Below, piece by piece: positions 1 to 8,889 of a DNA stretch of 64,000 nucleotides (the first letter of the stretch is position 1; the number at the start of each line of letters is the position of its first letter). The notes under the pieces were generated by a model that did no database searches, had not been told where the DNA came from, and saw only the letters and a list, made by a program, of their open reading frames with translations. This DNA comes from Promethearchaeota archaeon (GTDB lineage Archaea; Asgardarchaeota; Lokiarchaeia; Sigyniarchaeales; SOKP01): NCBI GenBank assembly GCA_011364925.1, contig RDOA01000001.1, forward strand, positions 93,997-157,996, written 5' to 3'. The position numbers and the translations under genes were made by a program.

Positions 1-468
1 AGAATCGCAGATTTAAACGATCCAGAAAATCCTCCCATTCCAAAGTATTTGGAACGGTGGGAAGGTAGGTACGATCCTCTTAGCAAAAAGTATCCTATAC
101 AGTTATTATCCCCTCATCCAAAGAATCGCGTCCACTCTGAACTATTCTTAATCGATTGGCTTCGAGAGGTCGATCCTCACGTTGCTTGGATAAACCCCGT
201 TGATGCGGAACCGAGAAGAATACGAGACGGCGATGAAATCTTAGTATTCAACGATCGCGGTAAAATCACAATTAAAGCGTGGTTAACGGAAAGAATTATT
301 CCTGGAGTGATAAGCATTTTCGAAGGTGCGTGGTACGATCCCGACGAGAACGGAATCGATAGAGGGGGTTGCGTGAATACTCTTACAAAAGACGCCTATT
401 CACCTGGAGGAGCGTCAGCACTAAAATCGTGTCTTGTAGATATCAAAAAATTCAACGGAGGTGCTTAA
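1..468 (+). CDS. Molybdopterin oxidoreductase catalytic subunit (DmsA-like), C-terminal part; 5' end truncated by the window edge
   Basis: Frame is open from base 1 (RIADLNDPENPPIPKYLERW...). Molybdopterin-dinucleotide-binding domain motifs: YPIQLLSPH..RVHS, WINPVDAE..I.DGD...VFNDRG, EGAWY, GGCVNTLT. Confidence 0.88.
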   Translation, partial: RIADLNDPENPPIPKYLERWEGRYDPLSKKYPIQLLSPHPKNRVHSELFLIDWLREVDPHVAWINPVDAEPRRIRDGDEILVFNDRGKITIKAWLTERIIPGVISIFEGAWYDPDENGIDRGGCVNTLTKDAYSPGGASALKSCLVDIKKFNGGA

Positions 469-469
469 A

Positions 470-1027
470 TTGCAAGTTGGATTTTATTTCGATCAAACAC
501 GATGTATAGGGTGTTCTGCTTGTGCGATAGCTTGCAAAGATTGGCACGATATTCCCGCGGGTTCTGAACATTGGATGAAAATTCTTTATAACGAGGAAGG
601 TAAATTCCCTAATGTATACGTTAGTTATGTAATAAATCCATGTTTTCAATGTGAGGACCCAGTTTGTATCCCCGTTTGCCCCGTGAATGCGATAACCAAA
701 AGAATTGAAGATGGGATTGTTACGGTTGATAGTGAAACATGCATTGGAAAAGATGAGTGTGGTTCTAAATGTTTAAAAGCTTGCCCTTACAAAGCTCCTC
801 AATTCAGTTCTGAAAAAGATGCAAAAATGAGAAAGTGCAATTACTGTCTTGATAGACATTTAGAAGGAAAATTACCATCTTGCGTTGAATCTTGTCGAAC
901 TCACGCATTAGATGCAGACACTTTAGAAAATTTAAAAAGAAAATACGGACCAATCCAAGAAGCGAATAACTTTCAATACTCTTCTCGAACCAAACCTGCC
1001 ATAATTTTTAAACCGAAGAAAACCTAG
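470..1027 (+). CDS. 4Fe-4S dicluster electron-transfer subunit (DmsB-like)
   Basis: FYFDQTRCIGCSACAIACKDWH, CFQCEDPVCIPVCP, CLKACPY, KCNYC...SCVESC. TTG at 470 follows a GGAGGTG SD; the ORF track starts at GTG 461. Confidence 0.9.
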   Translation: MQVGFYFDQTRCIGCSACAIACKDWHDIPAGSEHWMKILYNEEGKFPNVYVSYVINPCFQCEDPVCIPVCPVNAITKRIEDGIVTVDSETCIGKDECGSKCLKACPYKAPQFSSEKDAKMRKCNYCLDRHLEGKLPSCVESCRTHALDADTLENLKRKYGPIQEANNFQYSSRTKPAIIFKPKKT

Positions 1028-1207
1028 AAATTAAATAAATCAAAGAGCAAACATAATATTATTTATATGTGAACCTCGCTAGGGCTTATAATTATAGGTA
1101 ATTTGCCTGACGAACTAAATAACTTTATATAAACTTTCTTTTATTAGTCCTTTAACTATAGTTATATTCATTACATTTAGGTATAAGATTTATAGTAAGT
1201 CATCACT

Positions 1208-4200
1208 TTGCAAATTCTAATAAATTTAGAGGGGATTTCTATTAAAAAATCTACAATTGTTTATTTATTAATATCTACAATTACAATTTGTACATTATTA
1301 ATTTCAGCAGACATGACTTTAAATGATTTAAAATATGTCAACAATTGTAATAATACTGAAACTTATGTTGATGGAACTCCCCCTTTTCTAAGAACTTCTT
1401 CGAATGATCCTCCTAATAAAAATTACTTTCAATACTATAAACAGATCACTATTCCTCACGAAAAAGTTATGGGCTCAGGAAGTCATAAAAACTTTCCTGT
1501 TCTAGTCTCAATTTTGGATTCGGATCTTCGCTATGATGTACAAGCAAGTGGGAATGATATTGCATTTGCAAATGATACAAATTGGTTATATCATGAAATA
1601 GAACTTTTTAATCAATCATATAATAGCACTCATGCTCAATTAGTTAGTTGGGTTCAGATTCCGAACCTTTCAACTTCAGTAGATACAACTATTTACCTCT
1701 ATTACGGAAATGCTACGATGACCTCTCAAGAAAATCCAGAAAGTGTGTGGTCGGATTATACATCTGTTTGGCATCTAAAAGAAAGTAGTGGAAGTGGATA
1801 TTACCTAAAAGATTCTAGTATAAACAGTTATGATGGAGACCCCAGTGGGACAGTTTATTTAGCGAGTGGAAAGATTGCAAGTGCTAGAAATTTTGGGGCA
1901 AATAGCGATAATATTGCCATAAGTGGTGGCTCAAGTCTATTAAATGGGGATAGTCAATTTGTTTTTTCTTTTTGGATGTATCCTAATTATGATAGTGATT
2001 CAGAATGGCAAAATGATGGAGAAAGACGTGTGTTCTATAAGGCCTCGTCCGTTAGGATGGCACGTACTTGGCGGGCAACTTGGCAAGATGCTGGTAAGGG
2101 GATTTTTCAGCCAGATATAGAATTTGATGATTATGGCACAATTTATCCTAATTTTGAAATAAACCGCCAAAGTTGGAATTATATCATTTATTCTTACGAT
2201 AGTAATTATTTTAGAGCTTATATAAATGGACAACTAAAATCATCGCAGTTTATTGGTTCTGACAGCCTCATTTCTGATTCAAGCACTTTTCATTTAGGAG
2301 ATATTGGAAATGATTGTTTTGATGGATACATTGACGAATTTAGAATATCAAACAATGTTAATACCAATGGATGGTACCAAACAGAATATAATAATCAGAA
2401 TAACCCCAATACATTCATTATATTAAGTGAAGAAGAAATTGTTGATCACAACCCCCCCTTATATTCAAATCTAACTGAGAGTTCAAATCCATTGGAATTA
2501 GGAGAAATTGAAATTATTCAAATAAATGTTTCAGATTTCTCAGGTATTTCTCAAGTACTAATAGAGTTCCAAGGATCGAACCATTCGATGTCAAACCTCG
2601 TAGGAAATAAATGGCAATATGATAGTTGGACTCCTAGTAGTGTAGGTAATTATTCCTACACAATTTGGATGGAAGATAATTGTAATAATTGGAATTCAAC
2701 CACTGGTACTATTGAAGTGATTGATAGTACTCCACCAACTTATTCAAACTTAATTGAAAGTGCGGATCCTTTACAATTTGGACAAAATGAAACAATTACT
2801 ATTAAGGTTTATGACTCTCCAGGTTCAGGAGTTAAGCAAGTTTTTTTAGAATATGAAGATGATGATTTAATATATCGTAACCACACGATGAATTTTGAAG
2901 GAAGTAACTCGTGGAGTTGGCATAATTGGAAGCCAATAACCGTGAAAGTTCATTCTTATAAAATTTATATGGAAGATAATGAAGATAACTGGAATATGAC
3001 TAGTGGAACAATAACAATTGCAGATACAACCGCCCCTGTAATAGAAAATCTTATCGAAAGTACCGATCCCTTAGAATTAGGGAACTTTATCACCATAGAC
3101 ATCGATGTCTATGATAATGAAACAATTGTATCAACTGTATTGATTGAATTAGAAGGAGTTAATCACACAATGAGCACTATTGGAGGAAATACATATGAAT
3201 ATAATTGGACTCGATCCGTTGTCGGAATTGTTTCCTATAAGATCTATGCCAATGACTCTGATAATAATTGGAATTCTTTAAGCAGTAGTTTCGATATCAT
3301 AGATACAACTCCACCGGATTTATCAGACCTTTGGAAAAGTGAAGACCCTCTAGAATTAGGAAATACCATCATAATAGCTGTGAATTCTACTGATTTATCG
3401 GATATCAAGCAAGTAAAAATTGAATTTGAAGGTTCTAACCATTCAATGGTATATGTCGGAGGAAACGCATGGGAGTACGATCTTTGGATCCCACCAACTA
3501 CTGGAAATTACTTATATACGATATGGGCAGAAGATAATAATAAAAACTGGGATTATATTAATGACTCGGTTTTCGTTCAAGATACAACCCCCCCAACCTA
3601 TTCAGGTTTGGTTGAAAGTGCTAATCCTGTCGAATTGGGCACATTATTAGCAATCTCGATTAATACTGCAGATTTAGCGGGCATCAAAGAAGTCTTAATA
3701 GAATATGAAAATTCTAACCATACAATGATAAATATAGGGGGAAATATATGGAATTTTGATTCTTGGATGCCAAATTCAATAGGTAATTGTACTTACAAGA
3801 TTTATATAACAGATAATAGTGAAAATTTGAATTACCTTGATAGTTGGATATTATTTATAGATACCATAATTCCAAATTTTGATAATTTATTTGAAAGTGC
3901 TAATCCTTTAGAGTTAGGGGATACTCAGATCATAAGAATAAATGCCTATGATTTCGCAGGTATTAATCAATGCTTAATAGAGTATAAGGGAGCGAATCAT
4001 TCTATGATTAATATCTATGGTAATACGTGGCAGTTTGATTCATGGAGCCCAAATAATTGGACTTTATATCAATACAGAATTTATGTTGAGGATAATAGCG
4101 GAAATTGGAATTTTGTCTTAGATAACTTTACAGTTCAAGATACAACGCCTCCTTCACCCCCCATCTTAACAAATAGTCCGAGTGGGGATGTTAGGGGTAA

Positions 4201-5296
4201 TTTAGTATTTGATTGGTCAGATGGAATTGACCCCTCGGGCATTGTATGTTATATTTTGATAATTGATAACGAAACGGATCCTTTATCAACCCCTGGATAT
4301 ATAAATCTGTTTAATATTTCTAATACTGGAACTGAAAGTAGTTATTATGAACTATCCGAGAACTTACCGGTAGGGAAATACTATTACTTTTTAGCTCAAG
4401 TTGATGGAGCAGGACACCAAAGTAGTTATACAATGGGAACTTTTACGGTTATTTTGAATCCCGATAATCCAGATTTTTTTCTTATTATTATGTTAATTAT
4501 AATTGGTGCTGTGGTTTCAATCGCAGTCGTAGGAATCATAGTAAGGAAAAAGACTCAAAAAGAAACGCATCCCCCTCGTAAAAAAATTCCTTACAAAATC
4601 ACAATTCAACATCTTAATAAAATCTCTCCCCAAATGTCGGGTATGATCGCTAAAGATGCTCAGGAGATCCCAATTATTAAAGAAACAAGTCCCGAAAGTT
4701 TAATCGAAGAAATAGATATAGAGGAGCAAGTTAAATCTTTTAAAGATTTAGGAGAAGAGTTTTTCTCCAATGGAGCTTATTTAGAAGCAATCGAGCAATT
4801 TCAGAATGCTAAAAATCTTCTTTTAAAGCAAGGAAAGGATACAGATGTAACCTTAATTTCAGATTTAATAGAAGGGATTGAAAGATTAGTAGAAGGACGT
4901 GAATCTCGATTAAATTTGTTGAGGAAAGAGAAAACTGAGGGGAACACTGTGAAAATATTCAATTTGTATCAAGAAGTAATTGAAATATCAAATAAATTAA
5001 GAGATTTTGATATAATAACAATGTATCAAAATGAATTAACTGAGTATTTCAAAAATAATTTGTCTAAAATACCAGAAATTGAAAGTTATAGAAATGATTT
5101 AGAAAAAGAAGCAGAATTATTTATATCTACAAGAGATTTTAACCAAGCAGCTCAATTATTTGAAAAGTGTGAGGAAATATCTCAAATTTTGGAAAAATAT
5201 ACAAAAGAAGAAAGAACAAATGTTGAAAAATTTAGGTTTAAGAAAAATGTGTTGAATAAAAGAACTAATCAGAATCACAGAGGAGACATAGAATGA
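1208..5296 (+). CDS. Type I membrane surface protein: signal/TM, DUF2341-like plus LamG/ConA-like domain, 6 Ig-like repeats, FN3-like domain, TM helix, cytoplasmic helical (TPR-like) tail
   Basis: NFPVLVSI..DIAF...WVQIP..YLYYGN (DUF2341-like); FDGYIDEFRIS (LamG); six DxTPP..ESxDPLELG repeats; TM FFLIIMLIIIGAVVSIAVVGIIV-RKK; tail with GEEFFSNGAYLEAIEQFQNA and AELFISTRDFNQAAQLFEKC. The start may be ATT at 1241. Confidence 0.75.
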   Translation: MQILINLEGISIKKSTIVYLLISTITICTLLISADMTLNDLKYVNNCNNTETYVDGTPPFLRTSSNDPPNKNYFQYYKQITIPHEKVMGSGSHKNFPVLVSILDSDLRYDVQASGNDIAFANDTNWLYHEIELFNQSYNSTHAQLVSWVQIPNLSTSVDTTIYLYYGNATMTSQENPESVWSDYTSVWHLKESSGSGYYLKDSSINSYDGDPSGTVYLASGKIASARNFGANSDNIAISGGSSLLNGDSQFVFSFWMYPNYDSDSEWQNDGERRVFYKASSVRMARTWRATWQDAGKGIFQPDIEFDDYGTIYPNFEINRQSWNYIIYSYDSNYFRAYINGQLKSSQFIGSDSLISDSSTFHLGDIGNDCFDGYIDEFRISNNVNTNGWYQTEYNNQNNPNTFIILSEEEIVDHNPPLYSNLTESSNPLELGEIEIIQINVSDFSGISQVLIEFQGSNHSMSNLVGNKWQYDSWTPSSVGNYSYTIWMEDNCNNWNSTTGTIEVIDSTPPTYSNLIESADPLQFGQNETITIKVYDSPGSGVKQVFLEYEDDDLIYRNHTMNFEGSNSWSWHNWKPITVKVHSYKIYMEDNEDNWNMTSGTITIADTTAPVIENLIESTDPLELGNFITIDIDVYDNETIVSTVLIELEGVNHTMSTIGGNTYEYNWTRSVVGIVSYKIYANDSDNNWNSLSSSFDIIDTTPPDLSDLWKSEDPLELGNTIIIAVNSTDLSDIKQVKIEFEGSNHSMVYVGGNAWEYDLWIPPTTGNYLYTIWAEDNNKNWDYINDSVFVQDTTPPTYSGLVESANPVELGTLLAISINTADLAGIKEVLIEYENSNHTMINIGGNIWNFDSWMPNSIGNCTYKIYITDNSENLNYLDSWILFIDTIIPNFDNLFESANPLELGDTQIIRINAYDFAGINQCLIEYKGANHSMINIYGNTWQFDSWSPNNWTLYQYRIYVEDNSGNWNFVLDNFTVQDTTPPSPPILTNSPSGDVRGNLVFDWSDGIDPSGIVCYILIIDNETDPLSTPGYINLFNISNTGTESSYYELSENLPVGKYYYFLAQVDGAGHQSSYTMGTFTVILNPDNPDFFLIIMLIIIGAVVSIAVVGIIVRKKTQKETHPPRKKIPYKITIQHLNKISPQMSGMIAKDAQEIPIIKETSPESLIEEIDIEEQVKSFKDLGEEFFSNGAYLEAIEQFQNAKNLLLKQGKDTDVTLISDLIEGIERLVEGRESRLNLLRKEKTEGNTVKIFNLYQEVIEISNKLRDFDIITMYQNELTEYFKNNLSKIPEIESYRNDLEKEAELFISTRDFNQAAQLFEKCEEISQILEKYTKEERTNVEKFRFKKNVLNKRTNQNHRGDIE
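2444..4138 (+). repeat. Six ~94-aa Ig-like protein repeats inside the 1208..5296 gene
   Basis: Units begin DHNPP/DSTPP/DTTAP/DTTPP/DTTPP/DTIIP; each contains ES.DPLELG, NH[ST]M and Y.I...DN..NWN. Confidence 0.8.
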
Positions 5297-6504
5297 AAAA
5301 AATACCAGGCACGATGTATCATTTTGGATTAACAAACTCTATTAGCGATACATTAAGCATCAACATTTGGTATAGAAGTATGTTAGTATTTGAACAAACA
5401 GGAATTTTTAAGGAGGAAATATTAAAGATTGTTAAGAATTTCCTTGAAAGTAAAAATTTGACTATTCCTAATAATAGATTAGAGTGGATTATAAAAGAAG
5501 AATTAAAAGATTTGTCCCCTGAGAGTGATATTACATTTATTGAAGGTACTGTATCTGAGATACTAGGGGAATTTCAAAAAAAATCCTCTGAAGATGTTAA
5601 AAAAATTGTATTAATGGGCCTTTCCAATGCGGGAAAAACATGTATCTACGAACGCGTGTTTGAAGGGAAAAAACCATGGGAATTAATGCAGTCTAAGGCA
5701 ACAAAAGGTATAGATTACAAGAAGTATGAAGTGGGTGAAATCTCAAAACCTATGATATGGGATTTAGGAGGACAACAGCAATACTTAGATGAATATCATG
5801 GACCTTTAAGAAAGAGCATATTTCAAAAAGCTTCTGTTCTGTTATATGTAATTGATGCCTCTGATGCAGGTAGATATGAAGATGCTAGGGATGAATTTGA
5901 ATGGAGCGTTAATCAGATGCTATCGTTTAATAAAGAGCCAAAATTGAACGTATTTCTTCATAAAATCGATCTTGTTAAGGACAAAAAAGAGTTATTAACA
6001 TATTTTAAGAATTTCCTAGGACAAAAGATATCGCATAATATAAGTTATTACAGTACATCAGTATTTGACGAATCACTTTTTACCGCTTGGAGTGGGATTA
6101 TTCGAGAAATATCTCCGAAATCTACATATATTAAGGCGGTTTTGAAATCTCTTAAGGATCAAGATGGAGTTAAAGATGCTGTGTTAATCGAAAAGACAAG
6201 TGGGCTAGCTTGTGGTTCGACACTAGATGAAAATGAGGAGGAAATCGTCATTGGAATGATTTCATTATTAATTGTAACTTGTGATAAGGTTACTAAAAAT
6301 ATGAAATTTGAAGACTTCATTGAATTTAGGTTAAAAACAAGAGCTCATTACTTATTAATCACTGATGTTACTGCAGATTTAATGCTTGTTGTTATCCTAG
6401 AATCACCAGGTTTTGAAGACCAAAAATTGAAGGAGATTGAAGCTGTAGGAAAAGATGTTGCAATCCAAATTAGAAATCTGTGGTCAGAAGAGGAGGTAGA
6501 TTAA
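5293..6504 (+). CDS. Rag/Gtr1-family small GTPase with an N-terminal extension and a C-terminal roadblock-like domain
   Basis: G1 GLSNAGKT, switch I ATKG, G3 WDLGGQ, Rag-type G4 HKID, G5 TSVFDESLF.AWS.I. C-terminal alpha/beta roadblock pattern (AVLIEKTSGLACGS...YLLITDV..DLMLVVI). ATGA overlap with the upstream gene. Confidence 0.88.
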   Translation: MKKIPGTMYHFGLTNSISDTLSINIWYRSMLVFEQTGIFKEEILKIVKNFLESKNLTIPNNRLEWIIKEELKDLSPESDITFIEGTVSEILGEFQKKSSEDVKKIVLMGLSNAGKTCIYERVFEGKKPWELMQSKATKGIDYKKYEVGEISKPMIWDLGGQQQYLDEYHGPLRKSIFQKASVLLYVIDASDAGRYEDARDEFEWSVNQMLSFNKEPKLNVFLHKIDLVKDKKELLTYFKNFLGQKISHNISYYSTSVFDESLFTAWSGIIREISPKSTYIKAVLKSLKDQDGVKDAVLIEKTSGLACGSTLDENEEEIVIGMISLLIVTCDKVTKNMKFEDFIEFRLKTRAHYLLITDVTADLMLVVILESPGFEDQKLKEIEAVGKDVAIQIRNLWSEEEVD

Positions 6505-6508
6505 GAAA

Positions 6509-7381
6509 ATGCCGCTAGGAATGTTTTTATTAATACACGATGAGGTATTGGGACCAGAAATTAAATGTTCTTATTATGCAAAACCAGTAAATCTCAGTCA
6601 GGAGTTCATTTCAAAATTATATATGTCCCACGCAGGATTTGAATCCTCATCTCATATAGAGATAAAATTTGAAGATTTTAAAAGCATTTCTTGTTTCACA
6701 GGAAATCTAGCCCGCAGAACTCAAAAAGAAGGTATTATGGGAATAATTTTCGAAGAAGACGATGAATTCGATAACTTAGATTTATTTCTACAAAGAAATT
6801 TAGACGAGGTGATACAAAATCCAAAGGATGAGACCTTACAAAAAATATTTTCCCAAAAACTACCAAATTACCTTAAATTGTCCAATCTCTTTCAAAAAGT
6901 GGATATTGAAGGATTTCCAGAAATATTCCTTATAACTGGAAACAATGAATTTAAGTCTCGCCTTCTAAGTATAAGTGAGAGTAGTATTCCATTATCAAAA
7001 ATGAACGATTTTTACAAAAAAATAGTAAAGAACCAAAAAATTCCACAATATCAATACATTAAATTAGATTTGGAAAATGGGTATAACTCGTTTATTGTTT
7101 TAAGAAATAAGGGTTCATCTGAAGATAATAAAAATATGCTTGAGACGCTAAAATTTTACTTAGAAAAAAACATCTATTATTCACTGGAGATTTTAGCCTT
7201 ATTACTCCTAGCAACGGTGATAAGAATAACCGATTTTAAAAAAGATCTCTCGAAGAAGGATTTAAACAAAACAAGGACCGTGTTACAAAGATTACAGCAA
7301 TCTAATGATTATTATAACGAATTCAATAATATTATCTTAGATTTGATAAAAGGAAATATTGTAATTCTCCCTTCTCTATAA
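6509..7381 (+). CDS. Longin/uDENN-like domain protein (NPRL2/FLCN/C9orf72-like N-terminus)
   Basis: N-terminus MPLGMFLLIHDEVLGPEIKCSY fits the beta1-xxxGP-beta2 longin hairpin; loop GNLARRTQK. Starts 4 nt after the GTPase stop. Confidence 0.6.
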   Translation: MPLGMFLLIHDEVLGPEIKCSYYAKPVNLSQEFISKLYMSHAGFESSSHIEIKFEDFKSISCFTGNLARRTQKEGIMGIIFEEDDEFDNLDLFLQRNLDEVIQNPKDETLQKIFSQKLPNYLKLSNLFQKVDIEGFPEIFLITGNNEFKSRLLSISESSIPLSKMNDFYKKIVKNQKIPQYQYIKLDLENGYNSFIVLRNKGSSEDNKNMLETLKFYLEKNIYYSLEILALLLLATVIRITDFKKDLSKKDLNKTRTVLQRLQQSNDYYNEFNNIILDLIKGNIVILPSL

Positions 7382-8392
7382 TTACCTTATTTTTCCTAAT
7401 TTTTCTTCAATTTCTTTGAATAACATTGTACCCATACCAAAATTCACATTTTTAGAAAAAAGTAAGACTAAGACGAATTCTTTTCCTGAAATATCAATAT
7501 TTTTTGAGAAGCATTTTTGATGATCTTTAAATTCAAAATACATGCTTGTTATCTCATTGTTTTGTCTCTCCTTTCTAATGTAAAATTCTTTTATGATGTT
7601 TACTTTCAAATCTGCTGGGAATGATGCGAAAATCAGATTCCACTCACGATCGAAAATAAAAATTCCAAGTATTTCTCGCTCATCAATTAGATTTCTTATT
7701 CCATTCAAATTTACTCCTTGAATCATTAAATTCGAAGCATTATCATTCCCTACTTTTGAAACTCCACTATTTTTACTATCAAATACTTCTATATTTTTTG
7801 ATTCTAAATTCACAACTTGATATCTTTCAACAGATAAAGATCGATCTAATTGTATTTGAATGCTATGTTCACAAAGAATTCCTTTAGGGATGTTTATAGT
7901 TTTAATAATTTGAAATGGGTTAATTAGTTTAGTAGGAATTCTAATTACTTTTCTTATTTCGCATATAGGACATCTTACATTTATGTTATTATATAATCCT
8001 TCTTGATAACTAGTGGTATTATTTATCTCTTGTTTCGAATTGTTTTCGAATTTACTCGAATCTGAGTTATAATCACGCATCTCTATAAGGGATATATTGT
8101 CAAAATATCCTTTTTTGTAAGATTCTAGCTCCTGTTTAAGTTTTATGTTATCTAATCTGAGGAGACCTAAAGCTTTCTTCATTTCTTTATTTTTTTCTTC
8201 TAATCCCTTTAAATGAATTCTTAATAAAGAGTTATCCGATTTCTCCGATTTAGTTTTTAAATCTGCTTCGAATTCCATAATAAAATCTTCTAGAGATTCT
8301 ATTCTATCTAAATGTTCCAATATTTCTTGATCTTTTCTTATTAATTCCGATTTTAGACCTTCAATTTCAGAATTATTTTCCTTATCAGTCAT
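7382..8392 (-). CDS. Coiled-coil, Zn-ribbon (CPIC...CEH) and C-terminal roadblock/longin-like domain protein
   Basis: Heptad-rich N-terminus; CPIC..IP..IPKGILCEH..DRSL.V..YQ; C-terminal ILGIFIFDREWNLIFAS...FVLVLLF..NVNFGMG. Confidence 0.6.
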   Translation of the reverse strand: MTDKENNSEIEGLKSELIRKDQEILEHLDRIESLEDFIMEFEADLKTKSEKSDNSLLRIHLKGLEEKNKEMKKALGLLRLDNIKLKQELESYKKGYFDNISLIEMRDYNSDSSKFENNSKQEINNTTSYQEGLYNNINVRCPICEIRKVIRIPTKLINPFQIIKTINIPKGILCEHSIQIQLDRSLSVERYQVVNLESKNIEVFDSKNSGVSKVGNDNASNLMIQGVNLNGIRNLIDEREILGIFIFDREWNLIFASFPADLKVNIIKEFYIRKERQNNEITSMYFEFKDHQKCFSKNIDISGKEFVLVLLFSKNVNFGMGTMLFKEIEEKLGKIR

Positions 8393-8571
8393 TTATCGCT
8401 ATTTAGGCATTCTTTTCTCTTTAATAATAAAAACTCTCATTTATTACTTTATCGAATAACAACAACTCGGTTTAATTTCAAAATCCCTAAATCTTTTACA
8501 TTTTGCCAGATTTGATTTCTAAAGAATTATATCAATATTTCATTAAATAATTAGCCAAAAACAACATCAAA

Positions 8572-8749
8572 ATGGCAGAATCTAAATCTCTAATTTTCCA
8601 GATTCAAAAGATGTCCAAGAGCATTGGATGCTGGAACATTAGAAGAATTAAAGCAAAAATATGATGATATTAAGGAAGCCGATAACTTTATCTACTCTGA
8701 AAGGACCAAACCAGCAATTATTTTCAAACCAAAATCAAAAAAAAGTTAG
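8572..8749 (+). pseudogene. Chimeric remnant: 5' end of a glycyl-radical activase paralogue fused out of frame to the 3' end of a DmsB paralogue
   Basis: 8572-8617 (MAESKSLIFQIQKMS) is nearly identical to the start of the 9870 gene. 8618-8749 reads RALDAGTLEELKQKYDDIKEADNFIYSERTKPAIIFKPKSKKS*, matching the C-terminus of the 470..1027 protein. Confidence 0.85.
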
Positions 8750-8845
8750 TTACACTCTCGTATTTTCTTCTATTTATTAGGAAAAATTTAAGGCTTTTTG
8801 ATTCTATCCCCTCACTCTACCACTTCATCTTTCCGGTCTGTTTCT

Positions 8846-8875
8846 TTCACTTCTAATTTCATAGATAGAAGTGAA
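8846..8875. repeat. Perfect 10-bp inverted repeat with a 10-bp spacer
   Basis: TTCACTTCTA-N10-TAGAAGTGAA. Confidence 0.6.
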
Positions 8876-8889
8876 GTTTATTAAAAGAA

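Noticed and set aside
1068-1136. Slightly GC-richer intergenic patch after dmsB (SECIS, box C/D sRNA or Moco element?)
   Set aside because: Only weak imperfect pairing, no complete box C or SECIS core, and no in-frame TGA in the visible genes.
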